A DNA stretch of 63,570 nucleotides, filler included, from Olpidium bornovanus S191 (GCA_017911155.1; 35 parts of 35 records of this genome joined end to end with filler, not necessarily neighbours in it), one strand, 5' to 3'. Numbered from the whole stretch's first letter, positions 1 through 14,500 are shown. Numbers and translations are program-made. Notes: a model not told the origin generated them from the sequence alone.

Positions 1-82
1 ACTTTCAGGGGGGGGGACCAGTGCCGCATGTTTTGGGAGTTTCTCCGTGGCCCCCCCCGCGCGAAAACCACGAAAAGGGGGC

Positions 83-123
<41 letters not shown>

Positions 124-129
124 CCCCAC

Positions 130-870
130 CTTTTGTAGAACTGCTTGGCCTGGTCAGATATGTTCTTCGGAAGCCCAATTGCTTCGGCCATAACGGAGAT
201 CTCTTTGTAGGCCTGGACGAGTTCCCTCTCCCCTTTCTGGGCCGTCGCCCGGCCCTGGGCCCTGGCGAGCGCACCGGCGGTCCGCGTGCCGCCGTCGCGC
301 TTGGATATAATGGTGTCCAGCTGGGCGCCATTGAGAAGGGGGTTCGCGGCGGAACCTACACGAGAGGGGTCGTCGCCCTCGTCGTCCGCAAACGTACGCC
401 ACTCGGAACGGGTATCGATGATGCGGTCACCCTTCGAAGAGAAGGGTCAGCGATTCAGCCCGTACCGGCGGCAGCTCGCGTCTGCACAGTCCTTTACATG
501 AAATTCAGCCTTACCAGAACTAGCCCGCAGTCGCCGCAGACTAGAAAGGACACGAGGCATTTTCCATTACACAAAAAAAAGCCATGGTTTAGCGACGGAT
601 GTCGAGCCTCACCAAATACACGGTCCTCCGCCCAGCGCAAGCGAGATGATCACAAGAGGTCCAGAAACCGTCTACTCGGCGCAGGTAATCGAAGGTTCCC
701 CCCGGCGGCAGCAGATGCTTACCTAAATCTCCGGATGAAAACGACTCTACAATGTTGGGCGGCATTACCCGGCACTCCTTGCACATGAGGATGATGTTAA
801 GATCAGGCACTTGCAAGTTCGGCAGAGGCCCGGTGGGCAGCTGCGGCGGAGAGCGAACATGCACGTCCAT
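130..870 (-). CDS. SUA7: Transcription initiation factor TFIIB, 5' part (exons 870-723, 540-515, 431-130)
   Basis: Spliced product reads ..ILMCKECRVMPPNIVESFSSGDL|VCGDCGLVL|GDRIIDTRSEWRTFADDEGDDPSRVGSAANPLL..ERELVQAYKEISVMAEAIGLP. This is the Zn ribbon plus B-reader plus start of the cyclin fold, with GT-AG junctions in frame. Confidence 0.95.
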
Positions 871-1747
871 GGCTCTCGAAGTCGCCCAACTTCTTTGTTT
901 GCGAGTGGGACGCCGCGAGAGGACCGCAGACTACAGCAGACACGGGAAGCGCAGCACAGGAGTCGGCTACTCGCTCGAAGACGAGACAGCGAACTGTCGG
1001 GGCAGTTCTCAAAAATTCAAGTCTCGGTCCCAGCGCGAGGCAGCTACCCAGGCTTCGAAGAACAGAGCGCACAGGGCCTTTTTTTTTTTTTTTTTTGGCT
1101 CTCGCTTGCCTCTGCTGTTCGGCGGAGGGCGAGCAGCGGCACGATGAGGGGGGAGGGGAAAGTGGGGCGAAAACCGCGGCCGCGCTTTCCCCCGCGACAG
1201 AGCCGCGAGCGCAGCGGGTGGACGGGAGAGCCCCCCCTCTCTCGGAGCTCAGACGCTCCTTTTCCGGCTCCCATTACTTTTCGCTTTCCGCCGCCCGGCC
1301 ACGGCCCGCCGGACCTCCGCGGCCGCTTCCATCCCCTCTATTCCCCCACTGACGCACTCCCCTCCCCTGCTCCCCTTTTTCTCCTTTCCGCACGGCACGC
1401 TGGACCACCCTCCCTCCCTTCCGGTCTCGGTCTCCTCTCCCCCCTTCTCCCTTCCTTCCTCTTTTTTTTCCAAACGCCAGAGGCCTGAAAGGGAGCGAGC
1501 CTAAGCTCTTACGCAGCCTTCGGAGACCCGGCGCCTCTCGGCCCTTCCCCTCCTTACCTTTCCCGCGGGCGGGGTGGGGGTGGGGGTGGTGGGCGAAAGG
1601 GGGGTGGGGGGGGGGGGGGTGGGGTGGGGGGGTGGGGGGNNNNNNNNNNNNNNNNNNNNNNNNNNNNNNNNNNNNNNNNNNNNTTAATTAATTAANNNNN
1701 NNNNNNNNNNNNNNNNNNNNNNNNNNNNNNNNNNNNNNNCCGCTCAC

Positions 1748-2796
<1,049 letters not shown>

Positions 2797-3059
2797 CGCG
2801 CCTTTTTCTTGTCCTTTTCTTTTTCTTTTTTTTTGGGAAGAAAAAAGGCTGATAGGCGTGCCGCTCGCCCGGCCCAGCCCCCGACCAACCGCGTCTTCCG
2901 ACTGTGAACTGCCACAATAAGTTCAGCAGGTCACGTGCTCAAACCGCCCTCCTGTGCGCGCGGACCCGCGAGTGCGGCAGGCCGCGGCGCCCAAAGCCGA
3001 GAAGGGACGTCTGGACACGCGCTTTGCGCAAACTAGTACGACAAGAACTTTGTGAGCAG

Positions 3060-3622
3060 AGTTGTGGCAGACAGCGAAGTCTCCAGCGTGCCTGAGAGAG
3101 GAGCCAGGCGCCTTGTTTTGCCAGAGATGTTTCAGCAGCGTGCAGCTTTCCTTCACCACGATATGCTGCTCTTCGTAAACCAAATCTTGTTGACTGGAAC
3201 TTGCTCCAGACCTGTCTTTTAGCAGCATCCACAGCCTAAAGCTGCTATACCGGACTTCCTGGGCCCTTTTCGTGGGCATTTTTGCGTTTATGTCAGCAGT
3301 GGTTCTGGGGCTTTTGGGTTGTGCGTCGGGATTGCGCCGTTCTTGCGGTTCACCGAATTCACCAAATTAGCTAGGCCTCTACACTTAGGCGTGTCCCCTA
3401 CCATCTGGTGTGACTTTGATTGCTTCGCAGTATTGGAATAAGAGAGGTGGAATACCCTTAAGAGTATCCTTTTCGGACTGCCTGGCTGACCTTCTTACGC
3501 AGAAAAGATCAGGACTCAGACAAGACACACAAAAGGAAAGGGAAGAAAAGGAAGAACTTGAGCTGGCGAATTTGAAAAGAGGACCGAATATTTTTGTCAA
3601 GCAGAAGTTTCCTTTCAAAGAG

Positions 3623-3674
<52 letters not shown>
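3060..3674 (+). mobile_element. Possible decayed non-LTR retrotransposon 3' end with poly(A)
   Basis: One stop-interrupted frame carries a C-x2-C motif (LFCQRC) and then YWNKR. Its TAA runs directly into A48 (3627-3674). The resemblance is weak, and poly(A) is common in this genome. Confidence 0.22.
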
Positions 3675-3677
<3 letters not shown>

Positions 3678-5455
3678 GGGGAGAAAAGAGAGAAAGCGAA
3701 ACGAAGAGGGGGCCCGAAACGAAGGAAGGAGAAAGGAAGACGGAGCGAGCCCGCAACAAAACAAGGGGAAAAGCGACGCAAAGAAGCTTCGGCGTCGACG
3801 CAAATGGGGCAGGAACAGTCTACGTTGGTCTGCGACGCGGCAGCGATTGCGCGGGACCTCCCGGCNNNNNNNNNNNNNNNNNNNNNNNNNNNNNNNNNNN
3901 NNNNNNNNNTTAATTAATTAANNNNNNNNNNNNNNNNNNNNNNNNNNNNNNNNNNNNNNNNNNNNCATGGAAGACAACTCACCGTACGTTTCAGTTTTAC
4001 ACTCACGACAAAGGGCACAAAGGGCAGCGAGAAAGTATTAACCGCTGTTGGAATACGATGCTTTACTCACGCGCGAGGGTATTAGGCGCCAGCGAACAGT
4101 TCGGGAAACAGCTGAACTACATCTTAAAAAGGGGACGGCGGGCCGGAGAAATAGACCGGTTTCGCATGGGCGCACGAGCAAACGAACTGCGCACTACGTA
4201 GGAAACCCCGAGTCCGACCGGTAGCCGCGTGTCGAACAGCTATTCACTTGGCCGTCACCCCGAGGGGTCGTGGACGGTTGGGGCCTCGGTCGGTTTCGAC
4301 GACGGGATCGGGGGGGACACTTGGCGTTTCGGTGCGGAGTTGACATGGGAGAGGCGAGGCGAGGCGATACCGACGCGCCGGCCGGTGGAGGTCTTCGACG
4401 AAGCGAGTTCAAAACGATCGGCGCGCGCCCGAAGACCGCCCGGGTATGTTGCCCCCGGCGGGCCGGCCGCCACTGCTGCCTTTTATATAGACGGAGAGAA
4501 TTTTGAGACGGACCTCACCGCAGAGGCGCTCCCGGGCAGGAACGGCGAGCGTGGCCATCGTTTGGGTGCGTGCGACGGTGCGTAGGGGCGTGTCGCCGCG
4601 TCAAATCACTCGCCGGAGAGGCGCGCCCGCCGACAATCGCGGGACGGCTTCCGCTTGCCGTCCGTCTTAATCGGAGGCAACATGCAATACGATGATAGAA
4701 TTCAATGCAAACTTCTTTTTTTCGCGGAACTCCAACGATCATTACTGTGGTACATGGTGCTCCAGGGCAACCGCCGTCAACATGCCAGTAAGGCAGTTGG
4801 ACTGATGTCACTCCATATCCTATGGTTCCGGGGGGGGGAGGGTACGTGGGGGCATATTTCGCAAACCAGATGCATTATGTCCAAGTATGATGAATCCAGG
4901 GCACCCAAAAGTTTCCATTTTACATTCATTGATCATGCAAAACGCTAGGTCCATGTTGCTGATTGCTTTGAAACAGTGACCAACGCAGCTTTTTTGCTGA
5001 AACATCATTGCCAACCCCACTGATGCCGAGGATCGCGCATATCATAGCTTTATCACGTCGTGCAGCGTGTGCCTCTGGTTGTCTCGCATGCCAGCTTGCG
5101 ACCGGTGTCCCAAAACAGCATCGTACCCGTCAATAAGGATGACAGAGCCTGTTTCGGTCCGATTTTCTCGTTCAAACAAAAGAGCGACACATGGAGCCTG
5201 AAAAACGCAGTGCGGCAGCTCGGAAAATATGTGTCCACCCAAGACCAGCACCCGCTTTTTCATGCCCCGGGGCCCTGTCCAGAGAGCGTCGCGTTTGACG
5301 TACGAAGTTTAGTTACTTGAGAGAATCTGCCCGAGCGCGACCCCGTTTCTGCCGGCCTGCGCAATTCGGCGACCGGCGTGACCCCCGGTTGTTGCCGGGA
5401 GCTCCCGGTCACGGCGGGGCGGGCTTTCGCGGGCGGAACTGCGGGGATTTTCTTT

Positions 5456-5489
<34 letters not shown>

Positions 5490-5509
5490 CCTTCCCCCCC
5501 CCCCCTTTT

Positions 5510-5549
<40 letters not shown>

Positions 5550-5668
5550 CCCCCCCCCCCCCCACACANNNNNNNNNNNNNNNNNNNNNNNNNNNNNNNN
5601 NNNNNNNNNNNNTTAATTAATTAANNNNNNNNNNNNNNNNNNNNNNNNNNNNNNNNNNNNNNNNNNNN

Positions 5669-7135
5669 CATGGCAACGATTAAGTCCACCTGTACCGGGG
5701 AGTGCTCAGCGTCGCGTTACGCAAAGGCAGAATCATACAATTGCAATCGACAGGCGTACCCCTTCGTGAAATCGCAGGTACTCGATCGTGTTGGGGAGAA
5801 CGGACAGGATAGTTTTGAACCGAGCGAGCTCGACGCCGTACTGAGTACAGTAAAACGTCGTAGAGCAGGTTTCTGTGAGAACCGCCGCAAACTTTGCGTC
5901 AGCGTGTGTGTTTCTCATGCCGGCGGTCGAACAACGGCGTTTTTCATTTTACCTGGGTTTGATAAGCCTAAAATCCCAACTTTTACCGTTTCCCCTTTAT
6001 CATTTTGGAACGAACGTATGTCGTACGGCTTGACTACGACGCCCAGCGGGTGCCCTGCCCTTACCTGGTTTATTCATTTTATTTTATTTTGTTTTTTGGT
6101 TGATTTTGGGGTTTCTCGGCGACCGTCCCAATGCAAATTTCCGCCGAACAAAAAAAAGACGTGCGCTCACCAAAAGGTTTGAGCTTATGCCTTGGAAGCT
6201 CGCGTTTGTGAAGTAGTTGACTGCGAGGTCGGTGATGTTTGTGAAGAAATCGTGATTCCCGATCCTGTCAATCGAGAAAAGAGAAAACGGCGTTGACCAC
6301 GTCTGTTCAACTTCCTGACAGGGCTACGGTCGAAAATCGCTGACCCTGATGTGGTGACGTTCAACCGGTTAAGCAGGTCTTTCTCGCTCGTCCCGCGGAA
6401 GTATTGGGTATATTGGTTGCTTGCCAGAGCATTATGAACGTTTAGATTCAGGATCGGGGTGCCGGCCGGCCGTTCCTGGATGATGTTGTCGATCGTCTTT
6501 CGGTGGAAAGCGCCGGGACTGAGCGAAACGTTCCCCCCCCCCCCGATTTTTTTTTTTTTTTTTTTTTTTTGCAGACGCGTTAGATAGGGCCGCGCGCCGA
6601 AAGCGTTCCCCACACTTACCGACTTTACTAGTGCGTAGCCGCCCTTTATCTGGCGGGGGGCGGGAACGCGTCGATATTTTTCTTTTTTTTTTGTAGAAAG
6701 GAAAGGAAACAAAGGAAAAGAACGCGTTCCCCGCTTTCGATTCCGAAGCCGGCGGTGTCGAGCACGTACGAGGCAATTGCTCGGCGACGGAGATGAGACG
6801 CACGCATTTGAGTTGACGTACTGACTTTCGAACGCCGCGTTGAGATTGCCGTTGAAAATGATCTGGCAGAAAACAAAAAAAAAAAAAAAAAAAAAAAAAC
6901 CACCCCGCCCCGGGAGATATCAGAATTTCTCGTTTCGGCTTCCCCCCCCCCCCTCATACGCCCCTTCTGCAGCAACCGCTGAAATTCAGGCGGCCTCGGG
7001 TCATCGCGCTCTCACCGAGAAGTTAAAGCTTTTCCCGTTCTGCGCTGCGGAGACGGGGGCCAGGAATACTGCGACGAAGGGCGTGGCCCAGGCGCACCGC
7101 CGGACCTTGGCGGGCCGGGTGCGGCGGCCGCCCAT
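5669..7135 (-). CDS. Secreted 5'-nucleotidase/metallophosphoesterase-fold protein, N-terminal part (7 exons), with degenerate metal ligands
   Basis: Hydrophobic leader, then FNFS|IIFNGNLNAAFE..|PGAFHRKTIDNII..ILNLNVHNA..DLLNRLNVTTSG|IGNHDFF..FQGISSNLL|..VKPYDIRSF..VKVGILGLSNP|..HEG|VDLIVAM. This is co-linear with the 5'-nucleotidase pattern (HTND.H, DAGD, LGNHEFD, SAN, KIGIIG, VD.II), and all GT-AG junctions stay in frame. Confidence 0.8.
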
Positions 7136-9046
7136 GCCGTCGAGTTTGGTCCGGTCGGCCGGACGATCGGTTGCGGTTTCGGACCTTCGCGCGCCGCGCA
7201 TGATGTCCTCCCCGCCGCCTGCGCACCGCGGTGTGGGTTCCCTGCTCCTCCCCGGCTTCGTGTTCCGTGATCGAACCTCGCTGGTGAACCCCCCCCCCTT
7301 CCCCGGGCGCAGCAATCGTGGGGTTTTGTTGCCTCGGATTTCGCGCGCGGTTACTCCGCAAAGAGGTTGACGGCCGCTTGCGGCTTTTCTGTGCTGGACC
7401 CAGCGCTCCGGCACATCCGCCCTGTTGCCATGGCTACGATGAGAGGCGTGCGGTTCGTGTGCGAACGAGAGGGTGGAGGCGGAGGGAATGGGCGGATGAA
7501 GACCAGATTGGGAGGGTTGGGTGGGTGGGTGCGCCGAGGCGAGAGTACAGAAAACGTCGAAAACCTGGGTTGAATGTTCTGCCGAGTACTGTACGTACAG
7601 TGGTGACGTCGCGAGAGGCCCGGCGGCGGTTTTTCCTCGCTTTCTCGCACCTGATATTCCTCGTCGACGATAGCCCCGCCAACAGTTTAAATTCACCAAC
7701 ACCTCGTTTGAGTTTTTGCTCCGTCAGAGGTAACACCCGGGAAACATCTTTCGGTCCTCTAACCGGCGCTCGTTTGATGTCAGGTCTGATGCCGGGTTTT
7801 GTTGCTCGATTTGAATCCAGGTACGGTGCTGATTTGGTGTTGGCGATCAAATAATCGCTAATTATTTATTGCTAATGCTAAATCCGTCCATTCAACGTGA
7901 GAATATTGGAGGTGCCGGATTTGATGCCAATTTTGATAAGGCCCAGATTCGGTACGCCGGAGTGCAAAGGTGAAGGTGAATTACGCGCCAGACCGCGACC
8001 TTGTCACGAACGAAACGGTTGAGCATGACAGCTGGGTTCGGTTCTGCATTTGTTCCGTCACGATTGATTTTCACAGGGATTTGAATGGGTGAGTTTTGGC
8101 GATGATTTTGATGGAAATTTGAGGGGGGGGGGGGAATTTTGACGGGGNNNNNNNNNNNNNNNNNNNNNNNNNNNNNNNNNNNNNNNNNNNNTTAATTAAT
8201 TAANNNNNNNNNNNNNNNNNNNNNNNNNNNNNNNNNNNNNNNNNNNNCTTGTTGACGTGCTGCGGTGGCTTGGTGTTTGGCGCCGAGAGCGCGTCTCCAG
8301 CCAACTTTGCAGTCTCCAAATCCTGGTTTTCGGTGTAAACGGTGCGGACTTGGCAAGCTCGGCGAACAGCAGCGGACATCACCAACCAAGGATATCGCAC
8401 ATCCCGGACGTGCGTCCGAACGACGGTAACGAAGCACATTCCTAAAATTTGTTCTGCCCGCCCACGGAGGGGGTTGGCACCAGCAGTTTCCGACCGCTAA
8501 CTGGCCGTGCGGAGTTTTTCGTTTGGTGCGAATAGGCCACTATAGTTTTCCTTTACCGCTTGCCAGGTTCCGACCTTTGGCGCCCTTGATAGCCCCGGGA
8601 TCTGTCGGAGCCTATCCTGTTGCCGGCAAGCTTTTTGGCCGTTCTCCCTGAGTCTAAAAGCTGCCGATTCGACCTGCGCGGCCAAGGTTCGCGACGCGCG
8701 TTGCGGGCCGCCGGCCGTCGGCTGGTCGTGATGTTCCCAACCAGCCGGACAGACAGCGGTGAGGAAAGGTCTCGTTTGCGCCAAAACCGTCCTGCGCCGG
8801 CTTTCTAAGGCCCCAATTTTTTTTTTGTGTCGCGAGGCTGATGGATTCGTTCAAACGCTTTACAAAGACGCGTTTCTGGCCACATAAGACTCCGGAAACC
8901 GCAAAGGTCGACAAGTGACTGATGCTTGTATCGTGCTGCGTTGCTCCTCACGGCGGTCGCGACGGCCGGTGGGCAGGTCGGGGAGAGCCGGGCGGCAGCC
9001 GGACCCGTGTTCAAACTTAATTTGCGAGGGAGGGAGGACGTGGGGT

Positions 9047-9082
<36 letters not shown>

Positions 9083-9773
9083 GGTCGCGCCGGAGAGACG
9101 ACAGGCCTGCCTGCTGCGGCTCACTCCCCCAGATCCCGTGACGGTCGGGTGCCTGCGCGTGTGATGTTGAGCCTCTGGGTTTTGCTTTGCCTACATTACT
9201 TTCCGCATCCCACTTTTTCCGCCTATTGCGCTTTCGCCTCCGGCCCCAAGCCTCCGGCCAGCTCGACGTCAAGCATCCGATAATGTTCGCAATTCTTTCC
9301 TCGCCGTCCAGGCGTCGCCTGCACGGCGGATATACTGGATGGCCTTTCTCTCTCTTTCTCTATTTTCTCTTTTTTGCCGGGTAAAATTACCGGAGTCTTT
9401 CTCCCGCCACGTGCCACTTCTCGCGAGTGAAACACCTCCTGGCGGTACTTTCCGACGTTTCAGTTCCTACGCTAAAAAAACTCGCGGGATAANNNNNNNN
9501 NNNNNNNNNNNNNNNNNNNNNNNNNNNNNNNNNNNNTTAATTAATTAANNNNNNNNNNNNNNNNNNNNNNNNNNNNNNNNNNNNNNNNNNNNCATGATGA
9601 AAACACCGGCTTATCCCGGCGGACCGTGCTAAGTTTCCTCGAGAACCCCGGGTGGCTCCTGCTTCGCGGCCGAAGATTCCTCGAGTCGAAGCGTTCACAC
9701 CATCCTCCCGGCCGCAAAAACCCCGTAACCGCTTCCTCCCCGCCGAGGTCCGCCGCGGGGCCGTTTCCCCCTT

Positions 9774-11040
9774 TTACTTTACGCGGAGCCGCTGCTCGAC
9801 CTCCCTCTTCTTCGCCTGGATCTTCTCCCTTTCCTCATTCTTGGTGGCGTTGTACGCTATGGCGTTCTCAGCGTTGAGCGGATTCTCGGGACTCTTCTGC
9901 CACCGCTTCCACAGCATCTCCTTGAGCTGCGACAGGCGCAGGCCCGGGTTCTCGGCCTTCGCATCAGGCAGCTCCCGCTCCAACCAGGTGTTGTAGGCCG
10001 CCTTTGCCCGCCTTTCCGGATGCCGGTCCAGCTTATCGCCGGCGGCGGCGCCGGGACCGCCGCCCGCGCCGCCGAATCCGGTCGACGAATGATTGTCTAG
10101 GGTGAGAAGGTCTGCAACAAACAAAAAAAAAAAGACGGACGAGATTCACCGTGAGAAGAGCTTTTGAAATCGACACCGCTGCGGTTTCGGGCTTGCCGAG
10201 GTTGCGCAATGACCCGGGCGGAGAAGTAAGAACGCCCCAGAATAAAACCCCCCCTGTAACTCCCAGCACGGAAGCCATAATTTACCTATTGCGTCGTCGA
10301 TGTTCGAGGCGGAGAATTCCGGGACGTCTTTCTTCAGCGATTCGGTAAACTTCTCCACCTGCGCGGCACGCTTCTCGGCTTTTTTCTGTCCCGAACATTT
10401 TTGTCCCCCCCCCCCCCCCCCCCGCCGGAAGGCCAGAGGGAAGCGCTTTTGGTCAGCGTTTTTTAAAAAAAAAAACGAACGCGACGGTTTCCTACCACGG
10501 GTAGGGCGAGGAAAACGAAGGAAAAAAAAAACCGGGTCCGCCGCTTCCGGCCCTTCCCGCCAGCAAATCATGTATCAACGCTCGTACCGCCTCGCCTTTG
10601 ACTACCGGCTTGGGCTTGTACTTGGCGAGCTCGCTCTCCTCCGAGGCCAACTGCGCGGACGCCTCGGCTTTGCGCGCTTGGGCCAGCCGCCTCTTCTCTT
10701 CCTCGGCGGCCTTTTTGGAATTACTCTTGGAGCCCACCGCCCAATCCGCGTCTTCGCTGCCTCGAAACCGCGAGCGAGGGAAGGAGGGGGAGAGGACGGT
10801 CGAGGAGAAGAGGGGACGGTGGCGGGGCGTAGGGGGCGGGGCGCGGACGAAATGCGTTTCCGGGGCAAACTCGTCAGCCTGCCCGAACAGCAACGAGGGC
10901 ATGTCACGCCTGGCGGGCGGGGACAAGAGGGTAGAGCGCGGCCGAGGAACGTACGCGGCAGTACGTGCTTTGTCGACTTTGGCCTGTTTTTCCCCCGCGG
11001 CCGCAGCCTTCTTCTCGCGGGCGGCCTCGGCTTTTGGGGG
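9774..11040 (-). CDS. CCDC124: CCDC124/Oxs1/Lso2-family protein (multi-exon, 5' end uncertain)
   Basis: EDADWAVGSK..; PEFSASNIDDAI; DRHPERRAKAAYNTWLERELPDAKAENPGLRLSQLKEMLWKRWQKSPENPLN, the signature C-terminal domain of the family. Confidence 0.93.
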
Positions 11041-11102
11041 TACCACGGGGGAGAGAGAGGCGAGACGCCGCACCGTCAGTCGACGTGAGCTTTCTCCCGC
11101 GG

Positions 11103-11146
<44 letters not shown>

Positions 11147-11247
11147 NNNNNNNNNNNNNNNNNNNNNNNNNNNNNNNNNNNNNNNNNNNNTTAATTAATT
11201 AANNNNNNNNNNNNNNNNNNNNNNNNNNNNNNNNNNNNNNNNNNNNC

Positions 11248-11512
11248 AACGTAAAGGGAGGTGCAATCGCCCTGGGTCACCCGCTCGGCGCCACCGGTGC
11301 CCGGATGATAGCTACCATACTTCCCGAACTGAAGCGCCGCGGCAAGAAGATCGGCGCCGTCACCATGGTTGGCATCGCGGAGTCGGAGATGCGTTTCGTT
11401 TTCGTTTTTCGGATTCCAAATCGTCTATTCACGTCAACTCCCCCCCCTCCTGTTCAACTAGTGTATCGGTACCGGCATGGGTGCGTGCGGCATCGTTGAG
11501 GCGGAGTATTGA
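11248..11512 (+). CDS. POT1: 3-ketoacyl-CoA thiolase, last two exons
   Basis: [40 protein letters not shown]|[16 protein letters not shown]. Contains the thiolase GHPLGA and CIGxGMG catalytic motifs, with an intron at 11368-11461. Confidence 0.95.
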
Positions 11513-14500
11513 GCGAACCAGAGCGGGAATCTGCGGAGGATGAAACGAGAGAACGAAGGTGGTAGAAATCAAGCTACCGCATTGTTGTCAAAGCGAGTTT
11601 TTGGTTTTGTGCGGGTTGTGCCTTTTTGTGGCGTTCACGCTTCGCGCCCACGGAGGGACGACCAATGGTGTCATTTCCGCGAAGTCCGGCGGCTCTTCAT
11701 CGACTGGTGGCGTGGGTCGCCGGCTTGTATGTCAGTATGTTTCCGTCAGTATGGCCATCCGGCCCTTGATTTTGCGGATTGGCCACCGTCGTGCGTTGGC
11801 ACCGCACCGAAAGGGAACAGGGGTCCATAGTGGGAACCGGCTGTGTTTGCCCTGCGCGAGCAACGTGTATTTAAATTATGCTCCCGAGGGTGACTTTAGG
11901 TGTTCCTAGATGTCGAGCGATTAGATCGGCGCTGAACTCTGCGCGAGGACTTCGACGGCCTGTGAGATGCCGGGCCTTGCGCAGGCGGAGAGGAAACCGA
12001 TCATTGCCAGATGCTTTACCGTGTACTGTCGGCACACCGGCTGGCATAAGAAAGTAGCTGAAGTGGGTGACGCAGCAAAGCGGCGGAAGACCGAAAGAAA
12101 AAGCATTCTCGCACGGCGCATGTGATCCCAGCCGAGGGCGAATTCCCCCGAGTCACACGCACAGTCACGCACAACCCCACTCCCTCCTCCCCCCCCCCCC
12201 CTTTTCCTTCCTGAAGGAGCCGCGCCTGCTCCGGCCTCCAAGCGAATACATTGGGTGACGTTGCAGCGAAAACTTCTCCCGGCGTTGCGAGTGGCAAACT
12301 CAGCGAGCTCGGACGCATGCTCTGGACTTTCGTAGCACAGCCCCCTCGCCGCTCTCCACCGCGCCACGGGTGACGGAAGTTGAAGGTTTCGGAATCATTT
12401 GCATCTGCGTTCCAGCCCCAGACTGTCCGACCTCAANNNNNNNNNNNNNNNNNNNNNNNNNNNNNNNNNNNNNNNNNNNNTTAATTAATTAANNNNNNNN
12501 NNNNNNNNNNNNNNNNNNNNNNNNNNNNNNNNNNNNAGACGGTTCTTGCACTGCGCACACTGCGGCAAGGATTTGCCGTTGGAAATTTGCGGTGTGGTTC
12601 GGAACACCTGAATTTTCGACGTTTCGGAAGGAAGGGAGGAGAATGGGGTGGCGCATGGCGCTGTGTAAGCTGCATACATTGCGAACGTTCCCCAGGATGC
12701 TATTTTTTGCAATATGGAACATGACTTTGAATCCTCGCGTCTCCTCAAGGCTCCTTATCTACGAACGGGCTCCAGGGTAAATGAGTTCTGGTTATTGTTT
12801 GCCGAGATCAAAGTGACACCGATTCCAGTCATGTTTACATCGCACACCACGGCAACTGGTTCGCACATTGGATTTGAGCAGTTTGAACGTGCGGCAGGTC
12901 GGAACCTCTAAAATTTTGGCGTTTTTTTAAAAGAACGTAAAGAAAAAGGAAGGACGGTGGCGGCCGGCGGCGTAGCATGCCATCTCACTGTTTCTTGGCG
13001 GAGGCCGCCTTACTTCCGGATTATGGATCTAGCGGTGTTTTCACTTTCACTTTCTGCGGCCTCTGATAACCTCCCTCACCAATGTCTTTTCGTTATGGCC
13101 CTATGGTGCCGACGCATTTCGCGAGCTACATCCAAATTTTTCATTTTTGCAGTTTCCGCTCTTGGCCGTCCATTCAACTAGGGGGAAAGACTGCCCATTT
13201 ATCGGATCATGTGGAGCCTTTAGCTGTGAACGAGTTAACCGTGAACGGCATCCCGCAAAACCCAATTGTAGTGAGCCTCATGACAGCCTGGTCTTGCTCT
13301 GTTCTGGACGGCGCGGCCCTCACCCATACCTGCCAAACGAACGGTTTCCGCATTTTAGTGAAAAGCAGCGGTCCGCGCCGGAGAGGAAATGGGGAAAGGA
13401 AGGGGAGAGGAGGGGGAATGGTCAAAGAGGACAGGGAGCGCAAGAAAAGAAAAATGCGAAGCGCCCAATTGGATATGACACGAAAAAACAAAATTCGGAA
13501 GAAAAAAGAAAAAGGAAGGGTAAAAAAAACAAAGGAAAAAAAAACATGAAAAGAATTCTCCATTTGTTGAAAACGACAAAACGTGCCCGACGGGGCGTTG
13601 GGGGACGACTGGCTAGGAGGTCGAGAAAAAAGAGGGGGCTTTGGGGTGGTTTCCGTGATCACAANNNNNNNNNNNNNNNNNNNNNNNNNNNNNNNNNNNN
13701 NNNNNNNNTTAATTAATTAANNNNNNNNNNNNNNNNNNNNNNNNNNNNNNNNNNNNNNNNNNNNCGTCCCCTTCGGCGTCCGCTTCGATTTGATGGGCCG
13801 TAACGTTCCCTTCTTTGATAGCACGTTACCCCACCCATCGATTTACCTCCGGGTTGATCCCAGGGCAATGAACAACGCTTTCATGCCGTCCCACTACCCA
13901 GACTGCGCGTGGCAGAGAAACTGATCTTTTCTGTACGTAATATTTCTGGTCGAAATCACGATTGCATTAGATTCCCGCTTGCACCTTTGAAGCCTTGTTC
14001 GATTTGTCGAACTTACTCTTAAACCCGTTTGCCTTTTTCCTCTAACCCGCATCAACGCATGTCTGACAGTGCCGTCCCACAATGACGGCAAAAGTTGCAG
14101 GCCACTTGTACGTCTTCTTCCACATCTCCTGGAACTTCCTTGTCACGCGCGCCAGATTTTTTCTTTTTTTTTTTTTTTTTTTTTTTTTGTAGCCCGCCGG
14201 TGCTTTTGGCGAGGTGAATCCAATCTGATATCCTCAACTCCTCTTTGTCTTTAAAAGTAAGGCCGTTCTCAGCTTCTCCGAGCCTCCACTCCTCGTCCGT
14301 AGTATCTCCAATCCGCGCCATACTCCGAGCGCCGTTGCGCGTCTGTGGGGCCAGCCTTTTCCACGGCTGCATTATTGGGAACAGCAGCCACGCCGGCAAA
14401 AAATTGTGCAAGTGAGAGCTGGCGAATGCCACTCCTGTGTAGGGTACCACGTCATCAACTGCATAATACAGTTTCACCTTTAAAGCATCGAGCGCAGCTG

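Noticed and set aside
4655-4948. ORF vaguely resembling a CACTA/Plavaka transposase C-terminus
   Set aside because: No catalytic motif or terminal repeat is visible, and the resemblance is too weak to call.
5042-5263. VILIDGYDAVLGHR resembling an AAA Walker-B region
   Set aside because: It is a single short motif with no Walker A or supported exon chain.
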